DNA of 61,878 nt, filler included, from Sanchytrium tribonematis (lineage: Eukaryota): assembly GCA_018985235.1 (NCBI GenBank). It is 6 parts of 6 records of this genome, joined end to end, with 100 filler letters (N's around TTAATTAATTAA, not from the genome) between each part and the next. Parts side by side here need not be neighbours in the genome. Positions count along the whole stretch, not along the records: positions 25,161 to 55,603 come from JADGIG010000053.1; 5 more parts are not named here. One strand, given 5' to 3'. Position numbers and translations under genes: made by a program. The notes under the pieces were generated by a model. It was given only the letters and a program-made list of their open reading frames with translations. It made no database searches and was not told the DNA's origin. Shown in pieces: positions 33,301 through 43,600 of the stretch (position 1 is its first letter; every line of letters starts with the position of its first letter).

Positions 33301-33837
33301 TTCGAAGTGAACGAAGAAAGCCAATTTGGATGCTTAATGCGTGCTATTTTGGATGGTTCATTCTTGGCAGGCATAGACGATGTCAAAGTTATATATAGTC
33401 TTCTAGAATCGCTTATAAAATACAAAAAGAAATTTTGGCTGAAGCATGTTTTAAGCAATATAATTAAAACCAAATCAGCATTTGCCAACAATATGACAAT
33501 TCAAACGTTAATGTGTCTCTCCACCTTGTTGTTTCGAGAGACAGAAGATTTTCAACCTGCTATAACAAATATGAGTGGATACGATCACTTTACAGTGGCC
33601 AAGGCAGCAAAAGTCATGGGTCATGTTGAAGATTCTTTCCGGATTTATGAGAGATTTAGAGAATTTCCACAAGCTGCAGATGTTCTGGTTTATGACATTC
33701 AAGATTTGGCAAGAGCATTGGAATTTGCGGACAAAGTCGATAAGGATGAAGTTTGGCCAATTGTAGGAAAGGGCATTCTGGAATCTATGCGCCAAAATAC
33801 AAAATTGAGGCTTGAGTTGCGAAAAGCGGCCGAATAA
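30345..33837 (+). CDS. NAK (Ark1/Prk1/AAK1/GAK-like) kinase fused to a truncated clathrin heavy chain-like region, 2 exons, about 1157 aa
   Basis: Kinase: ALK, GHPNIV, PPLYHWDIQPSN, DFGNS, TTNLSYRAPEMV, DVWALGCLLY. Clathrin-like: VIFMSWLHDTTISLITKEAVYH, GQIQLHSMEKSGSQIIPG, LELSEALGD, LQTQL...YDK...LC..NGLYSRA, IQDLARALEFADKVDKDEVW. Confidence 0.85.
32037..32055 (+). other. 19-nt spliceosomal intron
   Basis: GTACCTTAATCTAATGTAG; removal joins the two ORFs in frame (32056 to 32158 is 34 open codons). Confidence 0.9.
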
Positions 33838-33893
33838 ATCGTTGCAATAACTTGAGCCTTTATTTTGAGTTTAAATTTTTTTATCTAAACAAC

Positions 33894-35129
33894 TTAAAAG
33901 TCGTCAAACAAGCTGACTGCAGTTTGTTCAGCTAATTTTTGAAGCTGCGAATCTTCTGTGTAATTTGACTTTAAATCAGAAGTTGGAAAGACCAATTCGT
34001 CCTCACTTGAATCATCGTGTTTGCTGAACACAAAATTAACCCATTCTTGAACTGATTGAAACATAGAAGCATCACCTATAGTCTCAAAGTATTGTATGGC
34101 GCCTATAACTGATTCTGGAGCTTTGAAATTCACAGGCAATTCTAAAATCTCAAAACCACGCTGAAGTGGTGTGAATCCTAGAAAATTGAAGTCCATCGGC
34201 AAAACCATACTTGGAGTTTTTTGAGAATCTGATCGATATTGCTGCAGCCCAGGGGGAAAGTATTCAAATTTTTTTCCAACCAAAAGAAATAAAATATACC
34301 GCATAGTGATTTTATAGTCAACCTTGGCCGAGAAATTGAGAAGCTCTGTCAATATTTTTTCATTATCTGAAAAGACCGCACAGATGAGCGCAATCCAAGT
34401 AGTTTCATCCTCTGATAACTGCGAATAATGCTGCCTAACACTGTTAATAAAATATTCAGAATACACATTCTTGAGACTTGTTTCACTCATATTTGCTTTT
34501 ACGAGAAAAATCAAAGACATTTCTAAATTACATTCTGTAGGAGGAATGGACGGCAATTCTGTAACGCGATGATCCACAAACTTTTTCAAGTTCTCAACTG
34601 CCATATCAGGTGATTTGGGCCCATACAAGCTTCTTATATATCTATACAGAGCTTCGAGATCAGAATTGAGCAATGTCGCCACGACTGCCATTTGATGGTG
34701 TACCATTCCATTTTGAGGGTAAATATTTTCTGCCTGTTTGTAAAATTGCATGGACATTTTAAAGCTTCCATTCACAAACTGGTCCCTGTATCTTGCAAGA
34801 TCGCCCATGTAAATATAACAATTAAAAACCAATGCTAAAGAGTGTGAATTTAATTCCATTCTTGTAAGGACCACACTGAACCAACCGATCAAGTAGTTAA
34901 CAAAGGCAGTGAAATTTGACACGCTCAATGTTTTTTTTGAGATCTTTGATCTCTTGTCCATAATTTGTTTATAAATTATTTTTTTCCACAATTTTTGTAG
35001 TAATTGATACGTTTGGTATTCTTTGGGATACTGAATAGCGAGAAAATGAGCATCTAGATATTCTTCGAGAGTTGAAGTGCCTTTTAAATGCATTTGAAGA
35101 ATATTTTGAACTTCAACAGGGTCATTCAT
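33894..35129 (-). CDS. Est1/Smg5-7/Ebs1-family TPR protein (no PIN domain seen)
   Basis: LWKKIIY, CYIYMGDLARYR, FYKQA..IYPQNGMVHHQMAVVA, ALYRYIRSL. Confidence 0.85.
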   Translation of the reverse strand: MNDPVEVQNILQMHLKGTSTLEEYLDAHFLAIQYPKEYQTYQLLQKLWKKIIYKQIMDKRSKISKKTLSVSNFTAFVNYLIGWFSVVLTRMELNSHSLALVFNCYIYMGDLARYRDQFVNGSFKMSMQFYKQAENIYPQNGMVHHQMAVVATLLNSDLEALYRYIRSLYGPKSPDMAVENLKKFVDHRVTELPSIPPTECNLEMSLIFLVKANMSETSLKNVYSEYFINSVRQHYSQLSEDETTWIALICAVFSDNEKILTELLNFSAKVDYKITMRYILFLLVGKKFEYFPPGLQQYRSDSQKTPSMVLPMDFNFLGFTPLQRGFEILELPVNFKAPESVIGAIQYFETIGDASMFQSVQEWVNFVFSKHDDSSEDELVFPTSDLKSNYTEDSQLQKLAEQTAVSLFDDF

Positions 35130-35222
35130 CAATTAATTGAAAATCTTTTCGAACAAGGGATTTGCACAATTTATTGAGACTTAAAGGTTCAATTGGTGCA
35201 ATATGATAAAAATGTGTCTATA

Positions 35223-35753
35223 TCAATTGGCTAGTGCCTTTTGTGCCTTCAAATTGTCGTCCTCTACCAATTCATTTTTAGGTGCATCTGGAAGAACAAC
35301 TGGCACTGAGGGTAGTAACTCATTTTGCATTTTTTCTAATTCTTCAAGCTCTTCCGAATAGTCAACCGCATCAAATATTTCTATGTCTTGTAAATCCTTT
35401 AAATCATCCATGACTTTATCTGCATCTTTTAATTTGACATTCAAACTTGTAAGCAAAGTATTGCCCTGCGCCAGTGCTTCAACGACATGAACTTGGACAG
35501 ACTTCAATTCAATTTCGCTAATCATTTCAAAAAGCAACATTTGCTGAGCGTCTACTTGCTCTATCAATTTCCCCAAATGTTTTTTCTGCGCTAAATAATG
35601 AATCGCCAATTTCTTGTTTTTTATATGTTGCTGGGCCAATTTATGATTTTGATCTATCTGAAATTCCAATTTTTTACGATACTTCACCATCTGATCTCTT
35701 TGAATTTTAAGTTTCAAAAGTCCATTATCTTCTTTGCTAGCTGCCTTCCCCAT
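35223..35753 (-). CDS. VPS20: ESCRT-III subunit Vps20/CHMP6
   Basis: MG N-terminus (myristoylation), LKLKIQRDQM..YRKKLE, Snf7-type core, LPSVP..LP tail. Confidence 0.8.
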   Translation of the reverse strand: MGKAASKEDNGLLKLKIQRDQMVKYRKKLEFQIDQNHKLAQQHIKNKKLAIHYLAQKKHLGKLIEQVDAQQMLLFEMISEIELKSVQVHVVEALAQGNTLLTSLNVKLKDADKVMDDLKDLQDIEIFDAVDYSEELEELEKMQNELLPSVPVVLPDAPKNELVEDDNLKAQKALAN

Positions 35754-35782
35754 TAAAAGTTTCACATACGAAATTATTTTAT

Positions 35783-38700
35783 TTAATGAAAAAAGTATTT
35801 AGAATCAGATACTTGAGAGACATTGAATGAACCTCGTTGAGGAACTGGGTTTAAAATCATATTTCTTAATTCAGATGATTCAGGGTCATAAACTGCATGG
35901 TATCTGTATCTTTCCACAAACTCATCTCTCAATTTTTTCGCAACATCCAGAGTGTGTATTCGAATAAAACAGTTTCTCAAGACTTCATTCATTTCATTGA
36001 CATCCCCAGGATGTGTCCAATAACTATCATGAACAGCAGCAAATGACAGGTTGAGTTTGTCGCATTCAATTGCAGTCAACATCATGTGCGTGGCATCGAT
36101 TGAATGTATAAAATTTGGTGGAAAAGCTGCTGATTGCTTTTTTACATCAATTTTCGTAGCTTTAAAAGGATCTTCAATATTAAAGCGAGATAATGATGTT
36201 TTAACAACAGCCTTAGGAGCTGAACGATAAGGCTGAACGCATGTCAGGCCATTAGGTGGAGTCCAAATGACAGATGAACCCAAAGATTTGGATGAAAAAT
36301 CTTTAGGTTTAATTTTCAACTTGTATCGAATGTGATTCATGCTGGAATTTTCGACACTCTCACGAAAGTCTCTAGCTTGTGTCTCGGTAATTAGTTTCAT
36401 TGCTAATAATGAGTCTACATGATTAGATTTCCCAATAATATTTGCACTTTGATTAAGCCATGTTTGAATTTGGGTTGCGTTTGAAAATAAAGTGCCAATT
36501 GAATCAAATAATTTTTTGACAATATATGTGGCGACCTTGAACATGGAGACATCGTCATCAAAGTGGTCGTAGCGAGCTTCTCGAAGTCTGTTCATAACTT
36601 GATCTCGAGCTCCGATCTGAGTTACACCGTAGACTGTCGTCATGACAGTTTGTTTAACTAATTTTCTATTAATTTTATCTTTCATAAAATTGGCAAGCTT
36701 ACGGGTTTTCTCGCTGCTGCTTTTAAGATCATTCAACACCATTTCAAGAACATTGTTGGCGCACATAGTATAGACATCAGCTGGTTTTTCTTGTGGTTTA
36801 AGGTTCACTAATTCTGCCCCTTTTTCGTCCCCGCCAATTGCTGCATAATGCTGAAGTCCATTGCAAGAACCGTCCATGTGCACCGGATAATTGGAGTAAA
36901 ATTCAAGCGGATTACCGGAGTCTAAAGCATCCTTAATTTCAAAACACACACCGAGGCATTGCCATGGATCTTCTCCTTCGAGCCACCATTTTTTTCCGGA
37001 TAAAGGATTCGAAGCTGAATCAATAACATCATCAATATGATCGTCTGCAAACTGAGCTCTGTCATCAAATGAAGCTTTGTCATAGCCATATACATTTGCT
37101 AATTGGATTTTTAGCCACTTCCAACCGCTTTGTCCTAATTTTTTTTTATCTGCAAATTTAAGCAGCCCACGGGAGAAATCAGAATTAATATGATTTAGGT
37201 AGCTAGGAATAGGATAGGCTCTTCCTCTGAAATCAATATTGTGAGGAAAATAAAGTTTAAATTTTCGAAATCTATCTGCCACCTCCAATTTATAATTCAA
37301 ATCGCACCTTAAAGAAAATGTTTCTCGCACTAGCTTTTCTGACTTATGCTTTTTAAAGAGTGAGTCAGCAGAATTTCTGAGCATTTCTATGTCGGACTTT
37401 TCATAAAGTTGAGGAAAACCAGCAACACCTTCACCACTATTCCATATTTTCAAAGCTACATCTAGAACCTTTTCGTTAACGACCCAGGGCGTCTTACCTA
37501 AAACATTTAAAGAATTGAACACGACAGGAAGCTTATTTTGTAGACTAGCTTCTTTGATATAGTTCAACTGCTCTTCGTTCTGGGAGCTAATTCGCATTAT
37601 TGGTGAGTTACATGTAAGATAGCCACCGAATTGCCAGCTTTTCCAAGGCTTAGGTGGAACCAGCATAGGGAGCATTTCAACATCAACGGCTTGGATGACG
37701 TTTGAATTCATAATGATACTATTCAAATATGGGTGAACTTTAACAACTGAGATCCGAAATTGCTTATCAAATGAGTAAGCAGTAAATAAAGCAGTTGTTT
37801 CCTCCACCCCATCCTCGGAAGTAATTGAAGGAATGCTTAATTTAGACACTTTTATGAGATTCTTTACTATAAAAGCTCCAAGTAATATAATGTGTCGTTT
37901 ATCTAAATCAAGTAGCACTTCTGAATATTGGCTATCGTTTTTCAGGATAGTGGGATTGACATTCAAAGGGACTTCGTATTTTTCATGCAATTTTTTAATA
38001 ACTTGTGTCAAATATCTAGGATTTGACTTAATTTTAGAGTCGTAATCTTTCAAAGTATGAAAAATTTCATTGTTTCCCTCTTCTCGCTTGGATGAGTTCT
38101 TAAGACTGCGGAGCATCTCCGCATTGTACTGCTTAATAAGTTGGGTTCCGATATCTCGGCATAAATTGGAGGTTTTAGCAAAAACATGAGCTTTTTGAGA
38201 TACTTCGTCAACTGAATTAGGGACTTCGTTATCAAACCCTTTTTCCCACATACCAGTCTGCAAAGACTTAATTAATTCAAATACGCTAGTCACTGCTACT
38301 TGCTTAGGTTTAAACAATGATAAAATAGGATAAATATTATGTTCCTTATTTGGTGTTTTAAGATTATGATCCAAATTTAGACCAGAAACAATCGCGGAGA
38401 CATCTTCAAAATCATTTTCCCAAGTTGAAGCGTGGGAATTCTTAAATTTGTGGAGCTCAGCTTCTAAATTGCTTACCCAATTATATGCAATTTTCTTCAA
38501 TTCGGAGTGAACTTTAAAATTATTAGATATAGAATAATCACTCATCCCACGTATATTATTTAGAACATCTTTCTTCTTCTCAATCATTTCGAAATTCATA
38601 TTATAAGCCTGCTCTTCCAATCTGTATTGCAAATCAAACATATTCACAATATCCGGTCCAAAAGAAGGGTCTATATTTTCCTCAAATTTATCCAGACTAT

Positions 38701-39349
38701 CTTTTAAAAGCCGAACGCCCAAAGTTGGCATTTCTTTTATAATCGAGGTTTTCTTTTCAAACCGAGGAAATGACTTGATTTTTTCTGAGAATTGTAAATC
38801 AATTTCTGAATTTTTCAATTCAACATTATGGTTCTTTAAAATACTGTTAAATTTTAAAATTGTTTGATGTGGCGCATTTTTAATAATGGAATCAGACATA
38901 ATTTGTTCCAGTGCGGATATACTGGAATGTGGAGTAGGATGAAAATTGTCGTGCTCTAACTTTTGCTTTTTGAATAGATTATTGATATATTGAATATGAT
39001 CTTGATTATTACTTTGCAATAGACCTCGAGCAATAGTTGCTTGAAGTTTTGGAGTAGGTGGGTCCTTTAAAAGCTTATTTGCATCTTTATAGTATAAATA
39101 AGCGTTCTGCAGATTTCGAACTTCTTCAGTTTCTTCAAATTGCCGCACGAACCCGAAAATGATGTCTTCATACATGGACATGGTCACATAATTTGCATGT
39201 TTTTTCTTAAACTCTTTAAATACATTAGATGCTCTAGACATCTGCCCACTTTTAACTAGAATTCTAAATATTGACTGTATATCTTGCCATTTTGTACCTA
39301 ATGGCTTTTGACTGATTGTGTTCCGAGGACTCAAAATCAGATGTTGCAT
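35783..39349 (-). CDS. RPO41: Mitochondrial phage-type RNA polymerase
   Basis: PMLVPPKPW, FPHNIDFRGRAYP, DGSCNGLQHY, RKLVKQTVMTTVYG, PPNFIHSIDATH, VHDSYWTH, terminal YFF. Confidence 0.96.
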   Translation of the reverse strand: MQHLILSPRNTISQKPLGTKWQDIQSIFRILVKSGQMSRASNVFKEFKKKHANYVTMSMYEDIIFGFVRQFEETEEVRNLQNAYLYYKDANKLLKDPPTPKLQATIARGLLQSNNQDHIQYINNLFKKQKLEHDNFHPTPHSSISALEQIMSDSIIKNAPHQTILKFNSILKNHNVELKNSEIDLQFSEKIKSFPRFEKKTSIIKEMPTLGVRLLKDSLDKFEENIDPSFGPDIVNMFDLQYRLEEQAYNMNFEMIEKKKDVLNNIRGMSDYSISNNFKVHSELKKIAYNWVSNLEAELHKFKNSHASTWENDFEDVSAIVSGLNLDHNLKTPNKEHNIYPILSLFKPKQVAVTSVFELIKSLQTGMWEKGFDNEVPNSVDEVSQKAHVFAKTSNLCRDIGTQLIKQYNAEMLRSLKNSSKREEGNNEIFHTLKDYDSKIKSNPRYLTQVIKKLHEKYEVPLNVNPTILKNDSQYSEVLLDLDKRHIILLGAFIVKNLIKVSKLSIPSITSEDGVEETTALFTAYSFDKQFRISVVKVHPYLNSIIMNSNVIQAVDVEMLPMLVPPKPWKSWQFGGYLTCNSPIMRISSQNEEQLNYIKEASLQNKLPVVFNSLNVLGKTPWVVNEKVLDVALKIWNSGEGVAGFPQLYEKSDIEMLRNSADSLFKKHKSEKLVRETFSLRCDLNYKLEVADRFRKFKLYFPHNIDFRGRAYPIPSYLNHINSDFSRGLLKFADKKKLGQSGWKWLKIQLANVYGYDKASFDDRAQFADDHIDDVIDSASNPLSGKKWWLEGEDPWQCLGVCFEIKDALDSGNPLEFYSNYPVHMDGSCNGLQHYAAIGGDEKGAELVNLKPQEKPADVYTMCANNVLEMVLNDLKSSSEKTRKLANFMKDKINRKLVKQTVMTTVYGVTQIGARDQVMNRLREARYDHFDDDVSMFKVATYIVKKLFDSIGTLFSNATQIQTWLNQSANIIGKSNHVDSLLAMKLITETQARDFRESVENSSMNHIRYKLKIKPKDFSSKSLGSSVIWTPPNGLTCVQPYRSAPKAVVKTSLSRFNIEDPFKATKIDVKKQSAAFPPNFIHSIDATHMMLTAIECDKLNLSFAAVHDSYWTHPGDVNEMNEVLRNCFIRIHTLDVAKKLRDEFVERYRYHAVYDPESSELRNMILNPVPQRGSFNVSQVSDSKYFFH

Positions 39350-39477
39350 ACTCCTTCAAGGGATCCCTTTTAAAATATTAAATAAAATTCAAGACATATA
39401 TAATTTGTTGTCTATACAAAAGTCTAAAATACCCAATTAAGACTATCCAATCATAAATTTCCAATCAAACAGCAACG

Positions 39478-40629
39478 ATGGAACGTAAAAGAAATGTTGC
39501 ACTTCAGAACAAAGGGGGACATCACAAAATGAACGAAAATTCAAATTTAAATTTGTGGCTACCTTACCAATTTCACCCCAATATAAACCCCGAATGCTTC
39601 TCCAATTTAGTTAATGAAACCCAAACCACCATCAATAATACCTTGCACGATCAACATGTAGAGCGGAAAAATAGTTTAAAAAGACGCAAAAGCTATAGAG
39701 CCAATATAGTTTGTGTTGCTAAAGACGATTCAATTGAAGAACAAATCATTGACGAAAATTATCACGAAATATTAGAGCACGAGGATGCGCAGTGGTTAAG
39801 CGAGATTCAAAATATGTTGGAAGGATTGGACAAAATCGAAACTCACTGGTCTTTACCTTCTCCTATAAAGAGGCGGAAGGGAGTCAGAAGAAGAAAAATT
39901 CGACCTTCCATTGCTTCTTTACAGGAAGAACTCAATAAGTCTTATCCAGTAGATAAGTCGTTCTGGGGACGACTGAGAAAGTCTTTATTTTCAAATTCCA
40001 GTAAAATTCAAGAAGAATTAACAATCGAAGATCTTATTGTTGCTTCTCAATCGAAGCTTCAAGTTAGACGCCCACTTTGTGCACAAGTATTAATAACCAA
40101 TACTTTGAGAATGATTGAACCAACCAAATTTAAGCAATTGCAAGTCAAAGATAGAAAGAAACGCAAAGAATCGGCGGGTCCAAGATTCGGTCCAAGGGCA
40201 GTGACTCGTAGAAAGTCTTTTGACATCATGGCTCTCCAACACACTGAGCAATTAGACACCCCTTCTGGATTTTCATTTTGTGTGAGAAATAAGACCGAAA
40301 AGCACCAGCTATCTGATGATAGGTATGAAATTGAGGATGAGTTTCGACATTTCACATTCGTTAAGGATGCAACAACTGCTCAATTACACACTCTGGGGCT
40401 GCATTTGCAAGACATCCACCAAAAATACAGAAGATATTTTGATGATAAGATCCAGTATACCGTAATTGACGACGACGAGATAATAGAATACGAATTTACA
40501 GAAATCCCAACAATACCTAATTATATTATAAATGATATGGATAGTGCTATTGAGATAGACTCAGAGGATGATTTACCACTGCATTTGTTAATGAAGCAGC
40601 GCCGTTTAAGTATAATTAGTGCGCCTTGA
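39478..40629 (+). CDS. Hypothetical protein with a divergent Zds1 C-terminal-like motif
   Basis: SQSKLQVRRPLCAQVLITN resembles the Zds_C pattern SHxKLANPRRPLxxQVLxSN. Confidence 0.45.
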   Translation: MERKRNVALQNKGGHHKMNENSNLNLWLPYQFHPNINPECFSNLVNETQTTINNTLHDQHVERKNSLKRRKSYRANIVCVAKDDSIEEQIIDENYHEILEHEDAQWLSEIQNMLEGLDKIETHWSLPSPIKRRKGVRRRKIRPSIASLQEELNKSYPVDKSFWGRLRKSLFSNSSKIQEELTIEDLIVASQSKLQVRRPLCAQVLITNTLRMIEPTKFKQLQVKDRKKRKESAGPRFGPRAVTRRKSFDIMALQHTEQLDTPSGFSFCVRNKTEKHQLSDDRYEIEDEFRHFTFVKDATTAQLHTLGLHLQDIHQKYRRYFDDKIQYTVIDDDEIIEYEFTEIPTIPNYIINDMDSAIEIDSEDDLPLHLLMKQRRLSIISAP

Positions 40630-40674
40630 ACATAATAAATTTATTTATGATACAAATTAATTATACCCATTTTG

Positions 40675-41505
40675 ATGTCGCGTGAAAATATAAATTGGTC
40701 TATTTTCGAGCAAAAAGAAAGCGAAGACAATTGGGATAAAAGAGACAAAATCATGAGGTTAGTTGCTCAACAAACTCCAAAGTTGGAAAGAAATCAAATT
40801 GAATATTTATGCTCTACAATTTCAAGTTTAAGGACGGCTTTACAATTGTCTGGTTTAGCAGCTTTAAAGTCATTAGTTATTGTACATAAAATGGACCCAT
40901 ATCATGAAGTTCTTTTAATAACTTTATTTAAAGTAATTGGTGGAACGCGAAAAATTCCCTCGAATGAAGCCAATAATGTCGCGCATTTAATTATGGAATC
41001 AGTGACTCCTAATAGTAGAATTTTAAACCTACTTTTAAATGCTTCCAATGATAAATCTATCGATGTAAGAACTTCATCTACTGTATTTTTGACCATTTTT
41101 TATCAGCAAAGCTTGGAAAATAGCTGGCTTGAAAAAAGCAACTTATTGGAAAACCTTGTCTCGGCAGCACTTAGATTGACCCAAGATGCAAGTCCAAGTG
41201 TCAGAGAGAAAGCAAAGCTTTTGACACGATTATTGGACACATTTAATCCAGAATACAAGCCTGGTGTCAACATACCTAGAAGGGATTTTGGCAGGCGATC
41301 GGCACCGGTCACTCCGCTTTCTACAAGACTTCCATCTTTAGCACCATCCGTTCTCTCGGAGCCATCCTCTTCGCTCAAAATACCTGTCAAACGATATTCT
41401 CAACCAACTTTACCCCAACTTGAAGGGACCACGACCAACAGAAGCAATATCCCTTCTTACGCTGAAATGAGAAGAACTCCAACAACCCCCACTAAACCTC
41501 TTTAA
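40675..41505 (+). CDS. Short CLASP/Stu1-like TOG-domain protein with a Ser/Pro/Arg tail
   Basis: KESEDNWDKRD, SLRTAL, DKSIDVR, DASPSVREKA; paralogous to 44934-46704. Confidence 0.78.
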   Translation: MSRENINWSIFEQKESEDNWDKRDKIMRLVAQQTPKLERNQIEYLCSTISSLRTALQLSGLAALKSLVIVHKMDPYHEVLLITLFKVIGGTRKIPSNEANNVAHLIMESVTPNSRILNLLLNASNDKSIDVRTSSTVFLTIFYQQSLENSWLEKSNLLENLVSAALRLTQDASPSVREKAKLLTRLLDTFNPEYKPGVNIPRRDFGRRSAPVTPLSTRLPSLAPSVLSEPSSSLKIPVKRYSQPTLPQLEGTTTNRSNIPSYAEMRRTPTTPTKPL

Positions 41506-41568
41506 GCTCATGATGATAATTTAAAAAAATTTCTCAAAGAAGTAAAACATCTCCATTCAATTCAACTC

Positions 41569-42705
41569 ATGGGTATCTTTCTCTTAGATCTTGCTCTGTT
41601 CCCACTTTCAATTTTATTTTCACTATTTTATCTAAGAAAGAGAGCTAAAGATTCGATATTTGGAATAAAAAGGCCTGAAGCAGAGAATACAGAATTTTTT
41701 GATAATTTATTAGGCTTAAGAATATATCACACACCTAGACATCGATTGCTTAAAGTCCCTCGAAGTATATTGTCCATACACGGACTATCGGGAAAAGGTT
41801 TAGATGTTACAATACATTTACCAGGTTTCGGCATGAGTGACAGAGCCAATTTGTCTGCGAGTCAATATGGATACTTTTTATATCATGTGATTCAAAAATT
41901 TAGACCTCAGGTCATAATTGTTTATGGCTGGTCGATTGTACCAACACTTATGGCACTTGGAAATGCACCTACTCTTTGTGAAAATCTTAGATTGGTGGTA
42001 ATTGACCCGTTGATAACTCACGAATACATCTCTTTCAGAAATATTTTGTATTTAGGTAGGCTCTATCTCTGGTGTTCGACAGTATTATTGTTATCCAAAA
42101 TATTTGAGTTATTTGGTTATTTTAGAAATACATGGATCGCAGTAGTAGAATTTATTAAGCTCGCAGTAATTCCGAAGCCAGTTTTGAGAGTTTCTTACCA
42201 GTTTGATTTTTCTAATGTGAGATATCTCCTGTTGTTTTCTTCAGCAGCATCGTATTTTTGGAATAATTTGAGCTCAAAATGGCTTGAATATGAACAAAGG
42301 GCATTTGTTTTGTCAGAATATTCGCCAATTGTACCGTGGCTACGATATTTGACTAGGCCTTCGTTTATAGCTAGTGGTTTAAGTGAACCAGCCCCTAACA
42401 TTAATGTTCTACCAGAAGTGGCATCTTACCAGAAGGATTCTAGTAAGGATTCGCAGGAAGGCAAAAATTCAGACTATTATACGCTTAGGACAATCGGTCT
42501 TACTTATACCACAACCTGGGATGATTTAGTTGTAAGTTTGAAACCATTTTTTAATGAGAAACAAACAGTAATAGATTTATATTATACAGAATACTCAAAT
42601 AGCTCTCAAATGAAATATTTTGAAGATCTCTTTTCTCAAAAAAGTCAGATTGTACCTTACCATGGACTGAAATCGGTAGTCGAAAGTAAATTGAATAATT
42701 TTTAA
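41569..42705 (+). CDS. Membrane-anchored degenerate alpha/beta-hydrolase-like protein
   Basis: IHG, HLPGFGMSD, YGWS, LVVIDP pattern; N-terminal TM. Confidence 0.45.
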   Translation: MGIFLLDLALFPLSILFSLFYLRKRAKDSIFGIKRPEAENTEFFDNLLGLRIYHTPRHRLLKVPRSILSIHGLSGKGLDVTIHLPGFGMSDRANLSASQYGYFLYHVIQKFRPQVIIVYGWSIVPTLMALGNAPTLCENLRLVVIDPLITHEYISFRNILYLGRLYLWCSTVLLLSKIFELFGYFRNTWIAVVEFIKLAVIPKPVLRVSYQFDFSNVRYLLLFSSAASYFWNNLSSKWLEYEQRAFVLSEYSPIVPWLRYLTRPSFIASGLSEPAPNINVLPEVASYQKDSSKDSQEGKNSDYYTLRTIGLTYTTTWDDLVVSLKPFFNEKQTVIDLYYTEYSNSSQMKYFEDLFSQKSQIVPYHGLKSVVESKLNNF

Positions 42706-42727
42706 CTTTGCATAATTTTGAAACATT

Positions 42728-43598
42728 ATGATCAAAGCAAGTAGGAAAAAGGAAAAAGCAGCTGTATATGCCTTGTGGAAGTCCAAACCCATTGGGGTCA
42801 CAATGGCTCGTTACATTGACTTATTAACAACATCTAGAATCAAAAAGAACAGTTGCTCCCTTCAAAAGAAGGCATTGTTAGCTGCCAATGCCAAGGTAAA
42901 TATGGGATCAACGTCAAAAATTATTAAAGATGTCGCAAAATTAATTTCTGTGAAACAGGCCCGAAAAATCGCTCCACCTCCTTCTAGGAACATCAGCAAT
43001 GATACCAAAATATTGCTTCTAGAATCAATGAGAGGATCAAAATATTTGAGACCAATTTTATTGCAGACTGTAGGCAAACCAACTCAAACTAGCTTGAAAT
43101 GCATCTTTGAATCCAAAGTCAAAGACGCCGATTCGATAATAGATTATGCTAAACTGTGGTCACTTTCCCTTAAAACCATATTTGTTCAAAAAGAGAACAA
43201 GGTATATATAGCTGCATCAATTGTAAGAAATGCTATGAGAAGCCATAAAGTAACCCCATACAGCGCTCTCTTAGTGAATCTCTTCTTTGGTGGTGCTGAA
43301 AAGGCAATTCGTTACTGGGTATCCATTCTCAATGATATTAAATCATTTGAAGTCTACAATATGGCAAAGGAAAGAATCGATAGCATTACGAATGAACTCT
43401 TCACTTGCTTTAATTTAAAATCGGTGCGGCATTATGTTTTATATGAATACGATTGTATTTTTTTTTAACTTAGATAAAATTTGGGCAAACTTTGTACAAG
43501 CCGGAAATCTGGTAGAAAAATCGAAGCCTGGAGTTCTAACCGAAGCTAAATGGCTTTGCATCCAAGAGAGACTGCACAAAATTATTAACAAACAGTAA
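42728..43598 (+). CDS. Hypothetical basic protein, 2 exons
   Basis: Intron 43455-43473 extends the ORF by YKIWANFVQAG...KIINKQ* to a stop 2 nt from the convergent CDK stop. Confidence 0.65.
43455..43473 (+). other. 19-nt spliceosomal intron
   Basis: GTA-T9-AACTTAG; matches the consensus and opens a last exon. Confidence 0.8.
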
Positions 43599-43600
43599 AT

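Noticed and set aside
35783..39349. T7-like RNA polymerase as a phage or linear-plasmid insertion
   Set aside because: The long N-terminal extension and housekeeping neighbours fit the ordinary nuclear-encoded mitochondrial Rpo41; no viral genes are nearby.
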